From NCBI GenBank assembly GCA_902773675.1, contig CACYFN010000003.1:3209-67208 (forward strand): 64,000 nt of DNA, written 5' to 3'. This DNA comes from an uncultured Erysipelotrichaceae bacterium (lineage in GTDB: Bacteria; Bacillota_I; Bacilli_A; RF39; UBA660). Shown piece after piece: positions 58,935-64,000 of the stretch. The position numbers and the translations under genes were made by a program. The stretch's first letter is position 1. Every line of letters begins with the position of its first letter. The notes beneath the pieces are model-generated. The model saw only the letters and a list, made by a program, of their open reading frames with translations. It had not been told where the DNA came from and ran no database searches.

Positions 58935-60038
58935 ATGAAATATGATTATTTAGTAGTTGGAGCAGGTTTATTTGGTGCAACTTTTGCTAATCTTGCTCAT
59001 AAAAATGGTAAAAAGGTTTTGGTTATTGATAGAAGAAATCATATAGCTGGAAATGTTTATACGGAAAATATTGAAGGAATTAATGTACATAAATATGGTG
59101 CACATATTTTTCATACAGATTATAAAGATGTATGGGATTATGTAAATTCATTTGTTGAATTTAACAGATATACTAATAGTCCTATTGCTAGAATAGGTAA
59201 TGAAGTATACAATTTACCTTTTAATATGAATACATTTTCAAAGATGTGGAATGATGTATTTACTCCGGAAGACGCATTAAGACATATTAATGAAGAAAAA
59301 AAAGAAATAGATAAAGATCCAACTAACTTAGAAGAACAAGCTATTTCATTAGTTGGTAGAACAATTTATGAAAAATTAATTAAAGGCTATACAGAAAAGC
59401 AATGGAATAGAGATTGTAAAGATTTACCAGCATTTATTATAAAAAGATTACCTGTAAGATTAATTTATGACAATAATTATTTTAATGATAGATATCAAGG
59501 TATACCTATAGGTGGTTATACTAAATTAGTTGAAAAGATGTTAGAAGGAATTGAAGTAAGACTTAATACTGATTATTTTTCTAATATAGATGAATTTAAA
59601 AATATTGCTAACAAGGTAGTTTATACTGGCCCACTTGACGAATATTTTAATTATTCATTAGGTGAATTAGACTGGAGATCACTAAAATTTGATACAAAAA
59701 TATTAAATGAAGAAAATCATCAAGGAAATGCTGTTGTTAATTATACAGGTCATGAGGTAGAATATACAAGAGTAATAGAACATAAACATTTTGAAAATAA
59801 TCAAAGTGATAAAACAGTTGTTACTTATGAATATCCTGCTGACTATGAAAAAGGTATGGAAAAATATTATACAATTAATGATGATAAAAATAATAAATTG
59901 GCTAGTGAGTATAGAGATTTAGCAAGTAAAGAAGAAAATGTTATATTTGGTGGAAGACTTGCTGAATATAAATATTATGATATGGATGATGTTATTAAAG
60001 CTGCATTTGCTACGATAAATAAAGAATTAAAAATATGA
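58935..60038 (+). CDS. glf: UDP-galactopyranose mutase
   Basis: FAD-binding YDYLVVGAGLFGATFA, and HKYGAHIFHT. About 367 aa. Confidence 0.85.
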   Translation: MKYDYLVVGAGLFGATFANLAHKNGKKVLVIDRRNHIAGNVYTENIEGINVHKYGAHIFHTDYKDVWDYVNSFVEFNRYTNSPIARIGNEVYNLPFNMNTFSKMWNDVFTPEDALRHINEEKKEIDKDPTNLEEQAISLVGRTIYEKLIKGYTEKQWNRDCKDLPAFIIKRLPVRLIYDNNYFNDRYQGIPIGGYTKLVEKMLEGIEVRLNTDYFSNIDEFKNIANKVVYTGPLDEYFNYSLGELDWRSLKFDTKILNEENHQGNAVVNYTGHEVEYTRVIEHKHFENNQSDKTVVTYEYPADYEKGMEKYYTINDDKNNKLASEYRDLASKEENVIFGGRLAEYKYYDMDDVIKAAFATINKELKI

Positions 60039-60127
60039 TAATTGAAAGGAATATGTGTATATAAAATATTTTAATTTGATTAATTTTTGTAGTAGAATTT
60101 TTTATCAACAGAAGGGAATAATATTAA

Positions 60128-61348
60128 ATGATAAAATGGGTAGTAGAAAAAATTAAAAGACTAGCTAATAAAAACTACATAAAAATAACAGATGTTTTAA
60201 CAGAAGGTAAGAAATTAATTATCAAATATGATGTTAATGGTGATGTATGCCAATTCTTTGAAAAAGATAAATCTATGGAAATAGAATATGATTTTAAACT
60301 AGATAAAATTTCTAAAAGTATTTTAGTTATTCCGTTTTTATCCCTTTTTTTACCAGTAGCATGGATTACCAAAAGTAATATAATTCTTGATGAAATTGAT
60401 GAATCATTTTTAAATAATATAGATAAAATAAGAAATGCATTTAATAATATGTATGAAGAAAATTTATTTAAGAAAATTAAAATTAAATCAAAAAAAATAG
60501 TTAAAAATGAAATAAAACCAATAAGAAGTTCAATGTTCTTTTCTGGTGGTGTAGATTCTCTTGATACATTATGTACAAATTTTGATAAAAATCCTTTATT
60601 AATAATGATATGGGGATCTGATATTTGGCTTGAAGATATAAAAGGCTGGAATACTGCTAAACAAAATATGGATAAAATATCTAAAAAATTAAAGAAAAAT
60701 AAAACATACATTAAATCAAATTTTAGAAAAACTATAAATGAATTAAAACTAAATGAAGTATATGAAGAACAATTAGGAGATAATTGGTGGCATGGTGTAG
60801 AACATGGAATGGCACTTCTAGGACATATTGCTCCATTAGTTATTAAATATAAAATAGCAGTTCATTATATACCAGGAACCTTTAGTAATAATGATAAAGA
60901 TGTTAAATGTGCCTCATATCCAACAATAGATGAAAATTTTAAAGTAGCAAATTGTAGTGTTATTCATGATGGATTTAATTATACAAGGTTAGATAAAGTA
61001 AAAAATATAGTTTCATTTTCTAAAGATAATAAGACAGGTATTAAATTTAGAACTTGTTATAAAGAACGAGATGACAAAATGAATTGCTGTGATTGTGAAA
61101 AATGCTTTAGAACAATTATGGAACTTGTTAGTATTGGTGAAAATCCTGAAAAATATGGATATGAATATAATAAAGAAGTAATAAATAAAATAAAGTCACA
61201 TTTAAAAAATAATAAGTTCGAACATGAAATATTAAGTAATATGTGGTTCGATATTCAACAAGAGATTAATAAAAATAAATATTTTAAAGTTTATGATTTA
61301 TCTTGGATAAATGATTTTGATTTTAAAAGTAAAAATAGTAAAGAATAG
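60128..61348 (+). CDS. PP-loop ATP-pyrophosphatase-like protein (N-acetyl-sugar amidotransferase WbuX/WbpG-like)
   Basis: SGGVDS PP-loop (SMFFSGGVDSLDTL) and a C-terminal CCDCEKCFRT cysteine cluster. Confidence 0.45.
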   Translation: MIKWVVEKIKRLANKNYIKITDVLTEGKKLIIKYDVNGDVCQFFEKDKSMEIEYDFKLDKISKSILVIPFLSLFLPVAWITKSNIILDEIDESFLNNIDKIRNAFNNMYEENLFKKIKIKSKKIVKNEIKPIRSSMFFSGGVDSLDTLCTNFDKNPLLIMIWGSDIWLEDIKGWNTAKQNMDKISKKLKKNKTYIKSNFRKTINELKLNEVYEEQLGDNWWHGVEHGMALLGHIAPLVIKYKIAVHYIPGTFSNNDKDVKCASYPTIDENFKVANCSVIHDGFNYTRLDKVKNIVSFSKDNKTGIKFRTCYKERDDKMNCCDCEKCFRTIMELVSIGENPEKYGYEYNKEVINKIKSHLKNNKFEHEILSNMWFDIQQEINKNKYFKVYDLSWINDFDFKSKNSKE

Positions 61349-61409
61349 TTAATTTCAACTTTTTCTTTACTATTTTTTTTATATAATGTATAATTAAATT
61401 GGTGATAAA

Positions 61410-62534
61410 ATGAAAAAAATTACTATTTTAGCACTTCATCTTAATTATGGTGGTATAGAAAGATTTATTACTAATTTAGCAAATAGTTTAAGTAATGATT
61501 ATGATGTAGAAATTATATCTACATATAAAATGACAGATAAACCATTTTTTAAACTAAATAATAATATTAAAGTTAAATATTTAATAACTAATCTAAAACC
61601 TAATAAAGAAGAAATAAATACATATTTAAAAAAATTTAACATCATTAAATTAACAAAAGAGCTATTTAAAAGTATGAAAATACTATACTTAAAAAAACAC
61701 TTAATGATTGACTTTATAAAAAAATGTAATAGTGAAATTGTAATAAGTACAAGAGATATCCATAACACATGGCTAGGAAAATATGGAAGAAAAGAAATAT
61801 TAAAGATAGGCAGCGAACATAATGATAGTAATTCATTAAAATATATAAAAAAAATATCCAAAACAGCTCATAAATTAGACTACTTTGTAGTAGTATCCAA
61901 AAAAATGAAAGATGATTATACTAAATATTTAAAAGTTCCAGTAATATATATTCCAAATAGTATAGAAAAAATACCAACTAGTTACTCAAAATTAGATACA
62001 AATAATATTATATCAGTTGGTAGATTAGAAAACGTTAAAGGATTTGAAGATTTAATAGAAGTATTTGAAATAGTTATTTCTAAAAATAAAAATATTAAAT
62101 TAAATATAGTAGGATCTGGTAGTCAAAAAGAAATACTTGAAGAAAAAATTAATAAATTAAATTTAAATAATAATGTTAAATTAGTAGGATATAAAACCGA
62201 AGAAGAATTATCTAATTTATATAATGAATCAAGTATATTTGTAATGACATCACATAGTGAATCATTTGGCCTTGTATTATTAGAAGCAATGAGTCATAAA
62301 TTACCTTGTATAGCATTTGATAGTGCAAATGGAGCTTGCGAGATTATAGAAGATAATATTAACGGATATTTAATAAAAAATAGAAATAAAGAAGAAATGG
62401 CAAATAAAATATTAGAATTAATTAATAATAAAGAAAAAAGAGAACAAATAGGTACAAATGCTTTAAATAATTCTAAAAGGTATTTATCAGAAAATATAAA
62501 AAAGAAGTGGGTTGATATTTTTGAAAACAAATAA
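61410..62534 (+). CDS. Family 4 glycosyltransferase
   Basis: SHSESFGLVLLEAMSHKLPCIAFDSANGACEII. Confidence 0.8.
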   Translation: MKKITILALHLNYGGIERFITNLANSLSNDYDVEIISTYKMTDKPFFKLNNNIKVKYLITNLKPNKEEINTYLKKFNIIKLTKELFKSMKILYLKKHLMIDFIKKCNSEIVISTRDIHNTWLGKYGRKEILKIGSEHNDSNSLKYIKKISKTAHKLDYFVVVSKKMKDDYTKYLKVPVIYIPNSIEKIPTSYSKLDTNNIISVGRLENVKGFEDLIEVFEIVISKNKNIKLNIVGSGSQKEILEEKINKLNLNNNVKLVGYKTEEELSNLYNESSIFVMTSHSESFGLVLLEAMSHKLPCIAFDSANGACEIIEDNINGYLIKNRNKEEMANKILELINNKEKREQIGTNALNNSKRYLSENIKKKWVDIFENK

Positions 62535-62994
62535 TATAATATTTATATCAAGCACAGGTGGACATTTAAATGAATTATTACAATTAAAAGAATTATTTAA
62601 AAAATATAATAGCTATATAATTACCGAAAAAACAAAATCTAATAATAAACTAAAAGATAAATATGATAATGTATTCTATTTAGTATATGGAACTAGAAAA
62701 AATCTATTATTTTATCCATTTATATTTATATTTAATATTATTAAATCATTTATCTACTTTTTTAAAATCAAACCAAAAGTTATTGTAACAACAGGAACAC
62801 ATACAGCAGTACCAATGTGTTATATAGCTAAATTATTTAGAAAAAAAGTAATTTATATAGAAACATTTGCAAACCGTTATAGTAAAACGATGGCAGGAAA
62901 AATGATTTATCCAATTGCTGATACATTTATTGTACAATGGGAAGAAATGTTAAAATTATATCCTAAAGCTAAATATTTTGGAAGCATATACTAA
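62512..62994 (+). CDS. Alg14-like glycosyltransferase subunit (Cps14F/PssD type, membrane-anchoring partner)
   Basis: IIFISSTGGHLNELLQLKELF N-terminus. Followed by the Alg13-like partner. Confidence 0.65.
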   Translation: MIFLKTNNIIFISSTGGHLNELLQLKELFKKYNSYIITEKTKSNNKLKDKYDNVFYLVYGTRKNLLFYPFIFIFNIIKSFIYFFKIKPKVIVTTGTHTAVPMCYIAKLFRKKVIYIETFANRYSKTMAGKMIYPIADTFIVQWEEMLKLYPKAKYFGSIY

Positions 62995-63006
62995 TGGAGG
63001 ATTATA

Positions 63007-63492
63007 ATGATTTTAGTAACACTAGGAACACAAGATAAAAAATTCTATCGTCTTATTAAAGAAATAGATAAATTAATAGAACAAAAGAAAATAAAAGAAG
63101 AAGTAATAGTTCAAGCAGGAAGTTCTGCAAACTATAAAAGTAGCAAAATGAAAATATTTAATCTTATTCCAATGGAAGAATTTGATGAGTTGTTAAAAAG
63201 ATGTGACTTACTAATTACTCATGGAGGAGTAGGAACGATATTAAATGGTTTAAAAAATAACAAAAAAGTTATAGCTGTACCGAGATTAAAAAAATATAAG
63301 GAACACGTAAACGATCATCAAGTACAAATTGTAAGCAATTTTAGTGATGAAGGATATATATTAAAAGTTGAAAATATTAGTACATTGTATGATGTAATAA
63401 AATACTCAAAAGTATTTAAACCAAAAAAATATAAAGAAAATAATAAAGAATTTGTTGAAAAATTATCAAAGGAAATAGATAATTATTTATAA
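63007..63492 (+). CDS. Alg13-like glycosyltransferase catalytic subunit (GT28 C-terminal domain; Cps14G/PssE type)
   Basis: MILVTLGTQ...LLITHGGVGTILNGLKNNKKVIAVPR. Confidence 0.65.
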   Translation: MILVTLGTQDKKFYRLIKEIDKLIEQKKIKEEVIVQAGSSANYKSSKMKIFNLIPMEEFDELLKRCDLLITHGGVGTILNGLKNNKKVIAVPRLKKYKEHVNDHQVQIVSNFSDEGYILKVENISTLYDVIKYSKVFKPKKYKENNKEFVEKLSKEIDNYL

Positions 63493-63501
63493 GGAGGTAT
63501 A

Positions 63502-64000
63502 TATGAAAATATTAGTTACAGGAGGAACTGGTTACATAGGAAGTCACACTTGTGTAGAATTATTAAATGAGGGATATGAAGTAGTAATTGTTGATAATTT
63601 TAGTAATTCAAAACCAGAAGTTACAGAAAAAATTAAAAAAATAACAAATAAAGATATTAAATTTTATAAAGGTGACGTATGTTCAAGAGAATTAATAGAA
63701 AAAATATTTAATGAAAATGAAATAGATGGAGTAATTCATTTTGCAGGTTATAAAGCAGTTGGTGAGTCTGTAAAAAAACCATTAATGTACTATCAAAATA
63801 ATTTAGAATCAACAATAAACCTATTAGATGTTATGCAAAATCATAACTGTAAGACTTTTATTTTTTCATCTAGTGCAACAGTATATGGTATTCAAGATAC
63901 ACCAAAATATGTTGAAACAATGGAAAGACGAAAGCAATCAAATCCATATGGTAGAACAAAATCAATGATTGAACAAATACTTGAGGATTTATATACATCA
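63502..64000 (+). CDS. galE: UDP-glucose 4-epimerase, 3' end truncated by the window edge
   Basis: MKILVTGGTGYIGSHTCVEL Rossmann motif, and YGRTKSMIEQIL (Y-x3-K). The frame is open to the window end. Confidence 0.85.

Noticed and set aside
1-64000. Possibility that this is a Mollicute-type genome using genetic code 4 (UGA = Trp)
   Set aside because: prfB (RF2) is present, and its recoding site uses UGA as a stop. Long ORFs are intact under code 11 with Trp at TGG. So the standard bacterial code applies despite the roughly 25% GC content.

Overview
This is a very AT-rich (about 25% GC) bacterial chromosome segment that uses the standard genetic code. Evidence for the code: a release factor 2 gene (prfB) with the classic in-frame TGA +1 recoding site is present, and Trp is encoded by TGG. 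Gene content resembles a low-GC Firmicute. I found no rRNA, tRNA or CRISPR array by eye. There are four parts. (1) A housekeeping stretch from 1 to about 13.4 kb: a truncated kinase-like gene, tmcAL, prfB (programmed +1 frameshift), a YitT-family membrane protein, ftsE, ftsX, two repeat-rich coiled-coil/acidic proteins, a Xer-type tyrosine recombinase, tdk and ppdK. (2) An apparent recombination or integration hotspot at the 3' end of ppdK, from 13.4 to 17.3 kb. It contains an HExxH metallopeptidase-like gene, two diverged ppdK 3'-end remnants, and two tandem paralogous modules. Each module has an XRE-family HTH regulator (with a perfect inverted-repeat operator over its -10) followed by a DinD/Bro-N-like protein; one copy has a nonsense codon and the other is N-terminally disrupted. 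(3) A mixed core and accessory stretch from 17.3 to 43 kb: lipoproteins, guaD, an HD-hydrolase/P-loop-kinase fusion, tex, a lipoprotein gene interrupted at an A13 tract (phase-variation candidate), a divergent XRE pair, a class A PBP, a DUF1934 gene with argS, rpoE (delta), prfA, a trpF-like gene, an NPQTS-sorting-signal surface protein, a PNP-family enzyme, mntP, a flavodoxin, an operon encoding a DinJ/RelB-NUDIX fusion with a MazG-like protein and an unknown protein behind three 11-bp direct repeats and a consensus promoter, another NUDIX gene, prmC, rnhB, a DHH phosphoesterase, an MBL hydrolase, a def gene with an apparent frameshift in an A5 run, a DUF192 gene and two orphan pilin-like genes (Flp-type and type IV). 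(4) A surface-polysaccharide locus of more than 20 kb from 43 to 64 kb: WecA/TagO-like initiating transferase, ABC-2 exporter permease and ATPase, several GT2/GT4/GT32-like transferases, an acyltransferase-3, large polytopic membrane proteins, a Wzx flippase, DUF4422, glf, a PP-loop amidotransferase-like protein, an Alg14/Alg13-like pair and galE (truncated at the window end).
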